From positions 43,356 to 107,355 of the forward strand of contig JAGXLL010000006.1 in NCBI GenBank assembly GCA_018334675.1: a stretch of DNA of 64,000 nucleotides, given 5' to 3'. The translations under genes and the position numbers were made by a program. The stretch comes from Bacteroidales bacterium (GTDB taxonomy: Bacteria > Bacteroidota > Bacteroidia > Bacteroidales > UBA12077). Below are positions 1-9,606 of the stretch, piece after piece. The notes beneath the pieces were generated by a model. That model had not been told where the DNA came from, did no database searches, and worked only from the letters and a program-made list of their open reading frames with translations. Position 1 is the stretch's first letter. Each line of letters opens with the position of its first letter.

Positions 1-1105
1 CAGCTTTGCCGGGTCCGTAGAGCACGTCGCTGTTTTGGATCATATCGATGGCTTCAGGTGTACAAGGCATGTTGGCGCCTTCTGAGATACACATGCAACC
101 ATTGCTGATGAGTTTTTCGGCATCTTCCTTGTCCAGCTCATTCTGGATGGCACAAGGCAGGGCAATGTCAACCTTCAGCTCCCAGGGCTTCTTGCCTTCA
201 TAGAACTGGGCGCTTTCAAATTCATAGGAGAAAGGCTTGACGATATCTTCGTTGGTGGCCCGCAACTCGAGCATGAAATCGATCTTCTCGCCGGAGATAC
301 CTTCGGGATCATAGATGTATCCGTCGGGACCGGATATGGCAACGACTCTGGCCCCCAGGTCGGTAGCTTTCTGGGCAGCGCCCCAGGCTACGTTACCAAA
401 GCCGGAGATGGCCACGGTTTTTCCTTCGAAAGATTCACCTTTGGTGGCCAGCATTTCCTTGGCAAAATATACATTGCCGAAGCCGGTTGCTTCAGGGCGT
501 ATCAGAGAACCGCCCCAGTTCAATCCTTTGCCGGTGAATACACCTGTGTTCTCTTTGGCCAGCTTCTTATACATGCCGTAGAGGTAACCGATCTCTTTGG
601 CTCCAACACCAATGTCACCGGCCGGTACGTCGGTCTCGGGACCAATCAGGCTCCAAAGCTCAGTCATGAAGGACTGGCAGAAACGCATGATCTCAGAATC
701 TGACTTACCCTTGGGGTTGAAGTCCGAACCACCTTTACCACCGCCCATGGGCAAAGTGGTGAGGGAGTTTTTGAAGATCTGCTCAAACCCCAAAAACTTT
801 AATGAACTCAGGTTGACGCTGGGGTGGAACCTCAGGCCGCCTTTGTAAGGGCCAATGGCGTTGTTGAATTGTACCCGGTAGGCCAGGTTGACATGGACAT
901 TTCCGCTGTCATCTACCCAGGGTACCTTAAAGGTAAGGATGCGGTCGGGCTCAATCAGTCTTTCAATGATGCCGGCACTTTCAAACTGGGGATTTTCATT
1001 GTATACATCCGCAATGGATTCAAGAACTTCGCGTACTGCCTGAAGATACTCCACCTCACCTGGGTGTTTCTTTTCAAGCTCGTTCATTAATTTATCTACA
1101 TTCAT
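1..1105 (-). CDS. gdhA: NADP-specific glutamate dehydrogenase, 3' end cut by the window edge
   Basis: Manual minus-strand translation from ATG at 1105-1103 gives MNVDKLMNELEKKHPGEVEYLQAV...PMGGGKGGSDFNPKGKSD...GFGNVAWGAAQKA. These are the classic Glu/Leu/Phe/Val dehydrogenase catalytic Lys-Gly motif and Rossmann GxGxxA. The frame stays open to position 1. Confidence 0.93.
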   Translation of the reverse strand, partial: MNVDKLMNELEKKHPGEVEYLQAVREVLESIADVYNENPQFESAGIIERLIEPDRILTFKVPWVDDSGNVHVNLAYRVQFNNAIGPYKGGLRFHPSVNLSSLKFLGFEQIFKNSLTTLPMGGGKGGSDFNPKGKSDSEIMRFCQSFMTELWSLIGPETDVPAGDIGVGAKEIGYLYGMYKKLAKENTGVFTGKGLNWGGSLIRPEATGFGNVYFAKEMLATKGESFEGKTVAISGFGNVAWGAAQKATDLGARVVAISGPDGYIYDPEGISGEKIDFMLELRATNEDIVKPFSYEFESAQFYEGKKPWELKVDIALPCAIQNELDKEDAEKLISNGCMCISEGANMPCTPEAIDMIQNSDVLYGPGKA

Positions 1106-1253
1106 GTGGATTAAGATTTAAGATGTGCATAACATGTTGTATAACACCCTGTGAATGAATTAATACTTCCAAAATAAATTGGAAAATATGATTTTCCCAA
1201 ATTTTTGTATGAATTTAAAACATGATTTTGCTCATGTTTGTTATGTGGCATAA

Positions 1254-4232
1254 TTAATTGTTATTCTGAGGTTTATAGACAGCTCCCTTGCTGTTTTTCC
1301 CATCGATTCGAGTTTTTAAGGGGTTTTCAAAGCAGATGTGCTTGATGTATTCATTCTCATAGGTGGGTTTGCAGGCATTGAGATAGTCCAGGTCGTAATA
1401 TCCTTCCTTCAGATAGGGGTTGATCGTGAAATATCCGATTCGGAAGGAGGTCAGATTCTGGAAGAAATGGGTGCCTTGACTGGGATCGATGCGGTAATTA
1501 TCCAGACCCGATTCAACGATCACGCGTGCCTGGGAGATGTAGGCCCATTTAACGGGTATACCCAGGCTTGGATCGGCGGTTCCCCATCTTCCGGGACCAA
1601 CCAGGATGTAGTTTTTGTCTTCCTTCTTGAATTGGTCATTCAGGTTGTACAGTTCATAGGCAATGTCCTTGCTTTTCAGGGAGGAGAAATTTTCGGGTTT
1701 CACATAGACAATGTCATAGATATCCTCGAGTTTGCCGTTGCCCAGGGCCGAATCGGAATAGATCAGTGTATCCTTCAGGTTCACCTCGGAAAGGTCGAAG
1801 TCGTTGTCTTCCTCATTATCGACGATGGGTCGTATCTGCAGGAAATTGAATATAATGGGTTCATCTCTGGGTATGTTCAGATTGACGGCAAATTCGATCT
1901 CTACGGGTGTTCCCATCTCGCGCTGGAAGCCTTCCAGCAGGTCCTGCAGGATGCTATCCAGTGGGATAACTCTGTGCTTGAGTACATTGGCAAAGGTGAT
2001 GATCTTCTTGCCTTTATAAATGGTTCCTTCCCGCAGCATATTGTTCTCCATGTCGTAGGTGGAAGCGGCATGCTTAAGGGAGTGGTCCTTTTCAGCCTCC
2101 TTGATCTTCAATCTAAGCAGGTTGACGCCTTCGTCGGTGGAAGGAACAAAATTCTCCGGGGTCAGGTCGAGGGCATAGAAGTATTTTTGTGTGTCCTTCA
2201 GGGCCATCTGGGGGGTAGAGAGTTGAATAACCTTGTTGGGGTGTTTGGGTGAGAAACGCAGGGCGACACCTCCGTCGACAATCTGCTTGCCGAGGCCAAA
2301 TGCAATGTTGGCAATGCCCTCGTTGGATTTTTCCGGTTCTACAGGATAGAAGTTGATGGAACGGGCTACTCCCGAGAGGGTAGGATAGAACTTGTCGCGA
2401 TAGTTGGAACCGCAGACCTCCTGGAGGATGATGCCCATCTTCTCCTCATCGATCACATTGGAGGTGGCTGACATGTAGGCCTTGCTGTTCTGATAGTATA
2501 CGGAGGCATATACGCTTTTGATGGCGTCGGAGAGCAGTTGGATCATCCGGGTATTGTCATCCACCCGCGGGACCATATAGGTGTTGTAGATTCCCGCAAA
2601 AGGCTGGTAGTGGGAGTCCTCCAGCTTAGAGGATGAACGTACAGCAATGGGATTCTTGATTACCGAAACAAATGCGTAAAGGTCCTGGTAAACGCGGCTG
2701 GGGAGGCGGGCATCCACGAAATGCTTCAGGATCTCTTCGTCGGAGCGGTCGGATAGGCCAATCTTATAGAGGTCATTGCCTTCCATGAACTCGTCGAAAA
2801 TATCTGTACTTAGCACGACCGTGCGGGGGATGGTAATGATAAGGTTGGGGTATTTGTCGAACAGCTGATTCTTTTTGATGATGGAGTTGGCAAAGGCCAG
2901 TCCCCTGGCTTTTCCCCCAATCGAGCCATCACCGATGCGGGAGAATATCAGGTATTCGTCGAAGCGATTCTTGTCGAACTTGGCGATGACTCCCCGGCCT
3001 TTGTTCATCCGGTAGCTGGAGATGGCTTTAAAGATGTAGCTGCGCACATCGTCTACGGAGTCGAAATCGCTTAGCTTCAGGTATTTGAAAAGCCGCCCGA
3101 TGGGGAAGATGGCTCTGGCATTGAGCCATTTGGAAAGATCGTTCCGGCTGGCATGATATTCCAGGGAGTCGTCCGGTATCTCCAATATCATCTGCTGCAG
3201 GGTTTGCAGGTCGCATGCCCTTCCAATGGGTTCCATGGTTTGGGGGTCACTGAAAACAAATTCCCCAAAGGCAAATTGATTGATGATATAATTCCTGAGC
3301 TCGATGGAGAGTGATTTAGAATATTTGTGCAGAAAGCCTGCATTGTGTTTTTTAGCCAGTTTTCTGTTTTCTTCATCCGATGATTGGAGCAGGAATGGTA
3401 TAAATTCATCGTGGCTGCGCACTTGCTCGCATAAGCGAATACCTGCATATTTATCGCGGACGCCGTTCCTCTTATATGCTATATCGGAAATCACCCCCAG
3501 CAGGTTGTGTTTGTATTTCTCGAACAGTTCAACGGCCTCTTCATAAGTGGTAGCCAGCAGGATCTTGGGTCTTCCTCGCATCCTCAGCATTCGCTGGTGT
3601 TCATTGAGGGCTTCCCTTACGTATTCCTTGGATTGCTTAAAGATGATCTTATAGATGTTGGGCAGATAGGAGGATATGTACCGGATGGAGTTCTCTACCA
3701 GCAGTATGGTCTGAACCCCCACCACTTCCACATCGTGTTCCACATTCATCCTGTCCTCGATCAGTTTGATGATGGCCAGCAACAGGTCGGCATTGCCCAG
3801 CCAGCAGAATACGTAATCGATGGCGCTTAAATCTTCATGCTGGATTCGCATGGATACTTCCCGGGAGAAGGGGGTAAGCACAACAATGGGAATGCCTGGA
3901 TAGCCCTTTTTAATATCATTGGCCAGGGAGAAAGTATCGTATGTGCCGATGGTGAGCATGGTGATCACCAGATCGATCTTATCGTTCCGGAGTTTCTCGA
4001 AGGCCTCTTCTGCTGAGTTGGCCATCACAAAGATGGGGGGATATCTCAAGTTAAGAGATACGTATTCATTGAAGATCTGCTCATCGATCCTTCCGTCCTC
4101 TTCCAGCATAAAGCTGTCATAGCTGCTGGCGATCAGCAACACTTTGTGGATGCGTTTTTGCATCAGCAGGTTGAAGGAGGTGTCGTTAAAATCGATCTTG
4201 AGCGAATCCTGATAGTTCTTAAAAAATGTCAT
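1254..4232 (-). CDS. Multidomain protein: pseudo-receiver, REC-like domain, PPDK_N (PEP/pyruvate-binding ATP-grasp) and a conserved C-terminal module; function unknown
   Basis: 992-aa ORF with ATG start. The first CheY-like fold lacks the acceptor Asp (IDLVITMLTIG). The second has one (LLGVISDIAY, LLQSS, HKYS). ATP-grasp signatures are GGKARGLAF, AVRSSSKLEDS and FAGIYNTY. The C-terminus reads ILVGPGRWGTADPSLGIPVKW...GTHFFQNLTS. I saw no TSH swivel motif and no PEP-utilising TIM barrel. Confidence 0.8.
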   Translation of the reverse strand: MTFFKNYQDSLKIDFNDTSFNLLMQKRIHKVLLIASSYDSFMLEEDGRIDEQIFNEYVSLNLRYPPIFVMANSAEEAFEKLRNDKIDLVITMLTIGTYDTFSLANDIKKGYPGIPIVVLTPFSREVSMRIQHEDLSAIDYVFCWLGNADLLLAIIKLIEDRMNVEHDVEVVGVQTILLVENSIRYISSYLPNIYKIIFKQSKEYVREALNEHQRMLRMRGRPKILLATTYEEAVELFEKYKHNLLGVISDIAYKRNGVRDKYAGIRLCEQVRSHDEFIPFLLQSSDEENRKLAKKHNAGFLHKYSKSLSIELRNYIINQFAFGEFVFSDPQTMEPIGRACDLQTLQQMILEIPDDSLEYHASRNDLSKWLNARAIFPIGRLFKYLKLSDFDSVDDVRSYIFKAISSYRMNKGRGVIAKFDKNRFDEYLIFSRIGDGSIGGKARGLAFANSIIKKNQLFDKYPNLIITIPRTVVLSTDIFDEFMEGNDLYKIGLSDRSDEEILKHFVDARLPSRVYQDLYAFVSVIKNPIAVRSSSKLEDSHYQPFAGIYNTYMVPRVDDNTRMIQLLSDAIKSVYASVYYQNSKAYMSATSNVIDEEKMGIILQEVCGSNYRDKFYPTLSGVARSINFYPVEPEKSNEGIANIAFGLGKQIVDGGVALRFSPKHPNKVIQLSTPQMALKDTQKYFYALDLTPENFVPSTDEGVNLLRLKIKEAEKDHSLKHAASTYDMENNMLREGTIYKGKKIITFANVLKHRVIPLDSILQDLLEGFQREMGTPVEIEFAVNLNIPRDEPIIFNFLQIRPIVDNEEDNDFDLSEVNLKDTLIYSDSALGNGKLEDIYDIVYVKPENFSSLKSKDIAYELYNLNDQFKKEDKNYILVGPGRWGTADPSLGIPVKWAYISQARVIVESGLDNYRIDPSQGTHFFQNLTSFRIGYFTINPYLKEGYYDLDYLNACKPTYENEYIKHICFENPLKTRIDGKNSKGAVYKPQNNN

Positions 4233-4288
4233 GTTGGTTTGGGTTTAATGGATGATGCGTTCATCTCAGTTCAAAGGTCCTGCGGCCA

Positions 4289-7200
4289 TCAGTGTTGTCC
4301 GTGGTCGGTGTGCTTTGCGTTTGTTTCCTTACCGTCGGCAATGATGGCCGACTTCATCTTTTTACCGTCCATCAATATGCTCAGGGGTCGGTCAAACTCT
4401 ATATGTTTGAAAAACCGGGTTTGTTCCACGAGCCTTTGATTTTCAAGCTTTTCCCAGGCGATTTGGTTCTTGCCCGTGGAGTTGGCAATAGAAAAATAGC
4501 CCACATTCATCGAGGTTAGGTTGTGGAAAAAGTGCGAACCCAGGGAGGCATCCAGGGGGTAGTCTTCCAGACCCACCTCAACAATCACCTTGGCATTGGA
4601 TATCTGTGACCATACTACCGGTATTCCGATGAACTTATCGCGCGTACCCCACCTTCCCGGTCCGATCAGCACATACTGTTTACCCTGCTCGTACATCTTC
4701 TCGTTGAGTTTTTCTATTTCATAGGTCATCTCCAGGGTATAATTGTTATCAAAATTATCGATATCGGTGAAGATCACATCTTTAATGGTGTCAATTCGGC
4801 CGTGGCCCATACTGCGTTCGGAAAAAAGAACCACATTTTCGGGTGACAGGGATTCCACGTTGATGTTGTTGTCCTCTTCACTGGCCACCATCGGCTTGAT
4901 CTGCAACAGGTAAAAGGAGGGGTTGCCTTTTGTGTCGCGGTTCAGGTCTACGGCCCATTCAATTTCCACTTCGGTACCCAGGGCCTCCTTGACGATGTCC
5001 AGTATTTTCTTTATGGTTTGGGCCAGTGGGATATAGTTGAATTTGAGGATGTTAGCAAAATTGATCACGCGGGGGCCATAAGCATCTACTCCGGGTACCA
5101 AACGGTCGTTGTCTGGCTCATACACGGAGGCGCAGTGTTTGAGGTTGCCGTGTTTTTCGGCTACATCGATATCGATTTTGACCATACCTGCGTTCTCCTC
5201 CTGGGCAAGGTCGATTTCCTTCTTATTCAGGTCCACAGCGAAGAGTTTCACCTGCGAAGTCTTCAACAGATCCTTGGTAGAGGCGACCTGCAATTGGGGA
5301 TAGGAGGGGGAAAACCGGTATGCCTGCTCTCCATCTACCACATACTGTCCCAGGCCAACAGCGGCCACGGCAAAACCCTCATCAGGCTTCATGTGAGCAA
5401 TGGGGTAATAGTTGTGTGACTGGGCGGTGCCGCTGATGTGGGGGTAATAGTAATGTTCATACTGGTTGCCTACCAACTCCTGGATGATCACGGCCATCTT
5501 TTCCTCTTCCACTTTATGGCCCACGGCCCTGAAATAGTTGCGTGCCTCATCGGAGTATATGGAGGCATATACCAGTTTGATGGCATCAGCCAGCTGTCTG
5601 TATCTTTTATTAAAATCGGGATGGTTGTTGGGGATCACATAGGTGTCGAACACCCCGGAAAAAGGTTGGGTGATGGAATCTTCAAAAAGGCTGGATGATC
5701 TTACTGCCAGGGGTTTGGTGATGTGCTTGAGGAAGATCTTGATCCGCTTTTGCAGCTCGAAGGAGAGTTCCGATTTGAGGAACCAGAGTTTGATCTTTTC
5801 ATAATCCTGTTCCTTAAAAACCCGTGCTCCAAGTTTGTTCTTCTCCAGAAAGATGTCGAATTCATCGGTGCCTACAATGGCAGTACGGGGGGTGCGCAGG
5901 TTGATTGAGGGCAGCAATTCGTTAAACTTGAAGTTGTATATCAGGGTATTGATAAATGCTACGCCGCGTCCCTTACCGCCCAGCGCACCGGGTGCCAGGC
6001 TTACGATGTTGTTTTCCTCAATAACGGCGTGCTCACTGAAATTGACGATCTTACCTTTTTCCTGCTCTTTGCGGTAGAGGTCCAGGATGTTGATCAGGAA
6101 GTTGCGCATCTGTTCGGCATTGTCAAAATCGCTGATTTTCAATGGGTTGATGATCTTGGCGATTTGTATTTCACCCCGGGCCATAAGCCAGAGGGAGAAC
6201 TGGTTCTTCACTGCATGGTAGACAAGAGAGTCGGAGGGTACGGTTTTCAGGTAGGACTCAAATTCATCCATGGATTTGGCCACGGCGATCTGCCGCCCCT
6301 GGTTGTCACGGTAGACGAAATGTCCGAATCCCAGGTGATAGTTGATGAAGCTTTTTAAATCCTGCAGCAGGGTTTCCGAATTTTTGTTGATGAAGTTGGA
6401 CCTGAGCTCATAGGTTCGCTCTGCATTGTCGGGGTTGGAGGACTGCAGGATGGTAGGCAGGTTGGGCAGGTTTTGCCTGGCGTATTGGATCAGGTCATAT
6501 CCGGCCTGCGAGTCGGGCTCTCCGTTGCGGGGAAATTTGATGTCGGAGATGAGAAAAAGGAAATAATCCTTGTATTTATTGAATATGTTCATGGCTTCTT
6601 CATAGGATGAAGCCAGGATGATCTTGGGCCGGGTTCTGAGCTTCAGTACCTTGTACAAATCATCGGTGTTCACGTCCTCGATCAGTCTTTTGGTTTGTTC
6701 GAGGATGATTTGGTAAAGCATGGGCAGGTAGCGGGAGTAATAGCGGATGGAGTCTTCTACCAGAAGGATGACACGTGTCAGGCCCACTTTGGTATCGTTT
6801 TCCAGGTTGACCCGGTCTTCCAGGAGTTTAACCATAGTGAAGAAAACCTTGGAATCGCCATTCCATACGAAAATATTATCGAATGAATGGATGTCGTTTT
6901 TCTCAGGATTGACGTATTCCAGGTCCGTGTTGTTATTGAGAAGAAGGAAAAGGGGAACGTAGGGATATTTCTTTTTCAGGGTTTTGCTGATGCCGAAGGG
7001 TTTTTTCTTATCGACGCCCATCATCAGGATGACCATATCGAAGTGTTTCTCTTCCATCTGACGCAATGCATCTTCCTCATTGGATACACCTGTAACCCTG
7101 GGCAGGGAAGTGAGGTTGAGCTGGTGGTATTCCCCCAGGATGTGGTCGGTAAAACGGCCTTCCTTCTCTATACTGAAAGCATCATATAGGTTGGCCACCA

Positions 7201-7789
7201 ACAGGATCTCCTTGACCTTAAAAGGCATCAGGTCGTGAAGGATGTCGCGGTCGGCATTGTAATTATTAATGAATTTTTGAAGGAGCTGCCTGCTGTTCAT
7301 GGTTTTCTGAGAGGGCTTTTCCCTGGAGAGCACCTCCTTTTTCTTTTCATCCTTGCCGATGATCTCTTTGGCTTTGCCGCTGTTGATGTAACCCACGATG
7401 ATGTTGGCCAGGTTCATTAACAGGTCCCGTTCTTCCTTGAGGAAGGGCCCCTCGTCGAGGGTGCTGAATTTCTTGGTGTAGAAGACCTCAATGGCCCCCT
7501 CCTTGTTCTCAATGGTATGGAATTTTTGTTTCTGGTACCATGGCGTCATCTTGAAATCGGCACTTCGATATTCCTTGCCGTCATAAATAATACGTGCAAC
7601 GGTGTATTCCGGGTATTGCCAACCCCGCGGTAGGTCTAGTGCGATCTTTTGCAGGGTTTCCTCAATCGACTTCTGTTCCTTGATGATTCGGCTGGTATTG
7701 TTGATGCAGGCCAGTTCCTTCAGGCGCTCTTTATTTTCAGCCAGCAGCTGCTGATAGTTTTCAGGTTTATTGTAGCGGTCGTCCTTCAT
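4289..7789 (-). CDS. Paralog of the preceding gene with an extra N-terminal GAF-like sensor domain, then pseudo-receiver, REC, PPDK_N ATP-grasp and C-terminal module
   Basis: The ORF opens at GTG 7816; the first ATG is at 7789 (MKDDRYNK). The N-terminus reads LKELACINNTSRII...WQYPEYTVARIIYDG...EGPFLKEERDLL, a sensor-domain pattern. REC residues are LLVEDS, LISDIKFP, ILQSS and INKNS. ATP-grasp signatures are GGKGRGVAF and AVRSSSLFEDS. The C-terminus VLIGPGRWGTRDKFIGIPVVW...GSHFFHNLTS is colinear with 1254-4232. Confidence 0.8.
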   Translation of the reverse strand: MKDDRYNKPENYQQLLAENKERLKELACINNTSRIIKEQKSIEETLQKIALDLPRGWQYPEYTVARIIYDGKEYRSADFKMTPWYQKQKFHTIENKEGAIEVFYTKKFSTLDEGPFLKEERDLLMNLANIIVGYINSGKAKEIIGKDEKKKEVLSREKPSQKTMNSRQLLQKFINNYNADRDILHDLMPFKVKEILLVANLYDAFSIEKEGRFTDHILGEYHQLNLTSLPRVTGVSNEEDALRQMEEKHFDMVILMMGVDKKKPFGISKTLKKKYPYVPLFLLLNNNTDLEYVNPEKNDIHSFDNIFVWNGDSKVFFTMVKLLEDRVNLENDTKVGLTRVILLVEDSIRYYSRYLPMLYQIILEQTKRLIEDVNTDDLYKVLKLRTRPKIILASSYEEAMNIFNKYKDYFLFLISDIKFPRNGEPDSQAGYDLIQYARQNLPNLPTILQSSNPDNAERTYELRSNFINKNSETLLQDLKSFINYHLGFGHFVYRDNQGRQIAVAKSMDEFESYLKTVPSDSLVYHAVKNQFSLWLMARGEIQIAKIINPLKISDFDNAEQMRNFLINILDLYRKEQEKGKIVNFSEHAVIEENNIVSLAPGALGGKGRGVAFINTLIYNFKFNELLPSINLRTPRTAIVGTDEFDIFLEKNKLGARVFKEQDYEKIKLWFLKSELSFELQKRIKIFLKHITKPLAVRSSSLFEDSITQPFSGVFDTYVIPNNHPDFNKRYRQLADAIKLVYASIYSDEARNYFRAVGHKVEEEKMAVIIQELVGNQYEHYYYPHISGTAQSHNYYPIAHMKPDEGFAVAAVGLGQYVVDGEQAYRFSPSYPQLQVASTKDLLKTSQVKLFAVDLNKKEIDLAQEENAGMVKIDIDVAEKHGNLKHCASVYEPDNDRLVPGVDAYGPRVINFANILKFNYIPLAQTIKKILDIVKEALGTEVEIEWAVDLNRDTKGNPSFYLLQIKPMVASEEDNNINVESLSPENVVLFSERSMGHGRIDTIKDVIFTDIDNFDNNYTLEMTYEIEKLNEKMYEQGKQYVLIGPGRWGTRDKFIGIPVVWSQISNAKVIVEVGLEDYPLDASLGSHFFHNLTSMNVGYFSIANSTGKNQIAWEKLENQRLVEQTRFFKHIEFDRPLSILMDGKKMKSAIIADGKETNAKHTDHGQH

Positions 7790-7907
7790 ATTGCTAGATT
7801 TAAGGGCTTTTATCACGAACCCCGAATACCACTGTTAAAACGATTGAATAAAATTAAAAGTTTTTTTGAAGGTAAAAAATAAACGGAGCGATACCTGTCG
7901 AAAACGC

Positions 7908-7940
7908 CTGAAATAAATAAGATCCCACTGTGGTGGGATC
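7908..7940 (-). terminator. Intrinsic terminator downstream of the ECF sigma operon
   Basis: GATCCCAC-tgtg-GTGGGATC (7921-7940) is a perfect 8-bp stem. On the minus strand it is followed by TTATTTATTTC. Confidence 0.5.
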
Positions 7941-8001
7941 ATAAGTTATTTGGCTTCGGATGCCGGGGTCAGACCTACCGGAATGGCACGAAACAGGCTG
8001 G

Positions 8002-8469
8002 CTATTGATCCTGCTCTTCCCCGCTGTTTTTAATTTTCTTCAGCAGATAGGCCTTAAACTGATAATCGGCCTTGTAGATCTTCATGACCTTTTCGATGGG
8101 CAGTATCTTTTTGAATTTTTCATGATATTCCTTCAGCAATTGGGCTTTTTGTACTTCCTGGCGAATATAATTGTCGGCCAGATTTTCCATTTCGCCAGGG
8201 GATAGATTTTTGTAATGTTCTGAATAATAGGACATTTTATTCTGGCGCTCCTCGATGATCGCATTTTTTTTCTTCCAGTAGGCGTTGTATATGGGCCAGA
8301 ACTTTTTAGCCTCATCCGGTGTAAGTCCGATTTTCTCCGTGAAAAAAGCGATCTTCTCGGAGGTCACATATTCATGGGCCGGTTGATCCTTTCCCTGAGA
8401 CCAAACCGTGAAGGGGCCTGTTAAGAGGAAGAAAACAAGTAAACAGGTTGTTTTACCTGGTAATTTCAT
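8002..8469 (-). CDS. Secreted helical protein, Spy/CpxP-like periplasmic protein, last gene of the ECF operon
   Basis: 155 aa with a signal peptide (MKLPGKTTCLLVFFLLTGPFTVWSQ). The body is Lys/Glu-rich and helical. It lies immediately downstream of the sigma and putative anti-sigma genes. Confidence 0.5.
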   Translation of the reverse strand: MKLPGKTTCLLVFFLLTGPFTVWSQGKDQPAHEYVTSEKIAFFTEKIGLTPDEAKKFWPIYNAYWKKKNAIIEERQNKMSYYSEHYKNLSPGEMENLADNYIRQEVQKAQLLKEYHEKFKKILPIEKVMKIYKADYQFKAYLLKKIKNSGEEQDQ

Positions 8470-8480
8470 ACAAATGCATA

Positions 8481-8936
8481 TTATTGGTTGTTCTTTCCCT
8501 TCCTGGAATCCTCTTCCAGTTCATTGATCAGCGTGGTATAATCGATGTCTTCATTGAGAAGATATTCGATGTATTGATCTGTTTGTTCACTATCCTGTTC
8601 TGCCTGAGTGGATTCCCCACCATTGATGTCCTCCATCAGTTCATTCTGATTATAATACTGGTCGTGGTATTCGGCTTCCGCAATATCTTCCTGTCGGTAG
8701 GGGTTTTTTCCTTCGGGCTGATCGATAACCTGGATGGCTAAATAGGCAATCAGGGCCACTCCGATGAACATAGCAGCAAGGGATATGGCCGGTTTGATCA
8801 ACTCTACCACGGATCGTTTTTGCTCTTTCTCCTGACATTGCTCCATGATCTGCTCCGGCAGGTCCTTGAAGTAGTTGCCGGGGACCTTAAAGGGTTGCTC
8901 CTTGCCGATATCTGATATTTTATGATGCTTTTGCAT
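8481..8936 (-). CDS. Single-pass membrane protein, putative anti-sigma factor
   Basis: The ORF opens at TTG 8972; the first ATG is at 8936. It has one TM segment (AISLAAMFIGVALIAYLAIQV) and an acidic C-terminal tail. Its position directly after the ECF sigma gene supports the call. Confidence 0.45.
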   Translation of the reverse strand: MQKHHKISDIGKEQPFKVPGNYFKDLPEQIMEQCQEKEQKRSVVELIKPAISLAAMFIGVALIAYLAIQVIDQPEGKNPYRQEDIAEAEYHDQYYNQNELMEDINGGESTQAEQDSEQTDQYIEYLLNEDIDYTTLINELEEDSRKGKNNQ

Positions 8937-8998
8937 AGCTTTTCCCCTGATTTTGATCTTGTTCTTTTGCAATTATGACGTATCAAGATCTGAATGGT

Positions 8999-9547
8999 TT
9001 AATTATCTTTCAGATACTTCTCAATCTTTTTCACTGCATGATGATAGGAGGCTTTTAGTGCTCCTACTGATGTATCGAGGATTTTAGACATGTCCTCATA
9101 TTTCAACTCATCAAAATATTTCATGTTGAACACCAGCCGCTGTTTTTCCGGCAGGGTAAGGATGGCCTTTTGCAGTTTGAGCTGTATTTGGTTACCGCTA
9201 AAATATTCATCGCTTTCCAGGGTGTTCATCAGATGGTGTTCCACATCCATGAACGGGATATAATGCCTTTTTTTCTTTTGTTTGAGAAAAGTCAGTGATT
9301 CGTTGGTAGCGATCCGGTAGAGCCAGGTATAGAGTTTGGAATCCTCTCTGAACTGATCCAGGCCTTTCCATACCTTAATGAAGGTATTTTGAAGGATATC
9401 ATCTGTATCCTCATGAGTGATCACGATCTTCCGGATATGCCAGTAAAGCCTTTCCTGATATTTCTTTATGATCTGTTTAAAGGCAAAGTTTTTGAAGTCA
9501 CTTTCCTTAAACATTTCAAGGAGCTCTTTATCGGAATAATCGTGCAT
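8999..9547 (-). CDS. RNA polymerase ECF-type sigma-70 factor
   Basis: 182 aa. Region 2 reads DILQNTFIKVWKGLDQF...YTWLYRIATNESL. Region 4 reads LPEKQRLVFNMKYFDELKYEDMSKILDTSVGALKASYHHAVKKI. Confidence 0.85.
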   Translation of the reverse strand: MHDYSDKELLEMFKESDFKNFAFKQIIKKYQERLYWHIRKIVITHEDTDDILQNTFIKVWKGLDQFREDSKLYTWLYRIATNESLTFLKQKKKRHYIPFMDVEHHLMNTLESDEYFSGNQIQLKLQKAILTLPEKQRLVFNMKYFDELKYEDMSKILDTSVGALKASYHHAVKKIEKYLKDN

Positions 9548-9606
9548 CTTATTTTTATTCCGGTTGGATTAATTGAACAGTACTTGCTTCATAATCATTG
9601 GGTTTC

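Noticed and set aside
1338-2252. Long antisense ORFs opposite real genes: 1338-2252, 11969-12955, 33107-33730, 34124-34909, 51765-52739, 55550-56272 and 27670-28314.
   Set aside because: Each lies fully inside a gene with strong family motifs on the other strand. Their products are compositionally odd (Gly/Val/Ile/His-rich) with no motifs. They are shadow ORFs.
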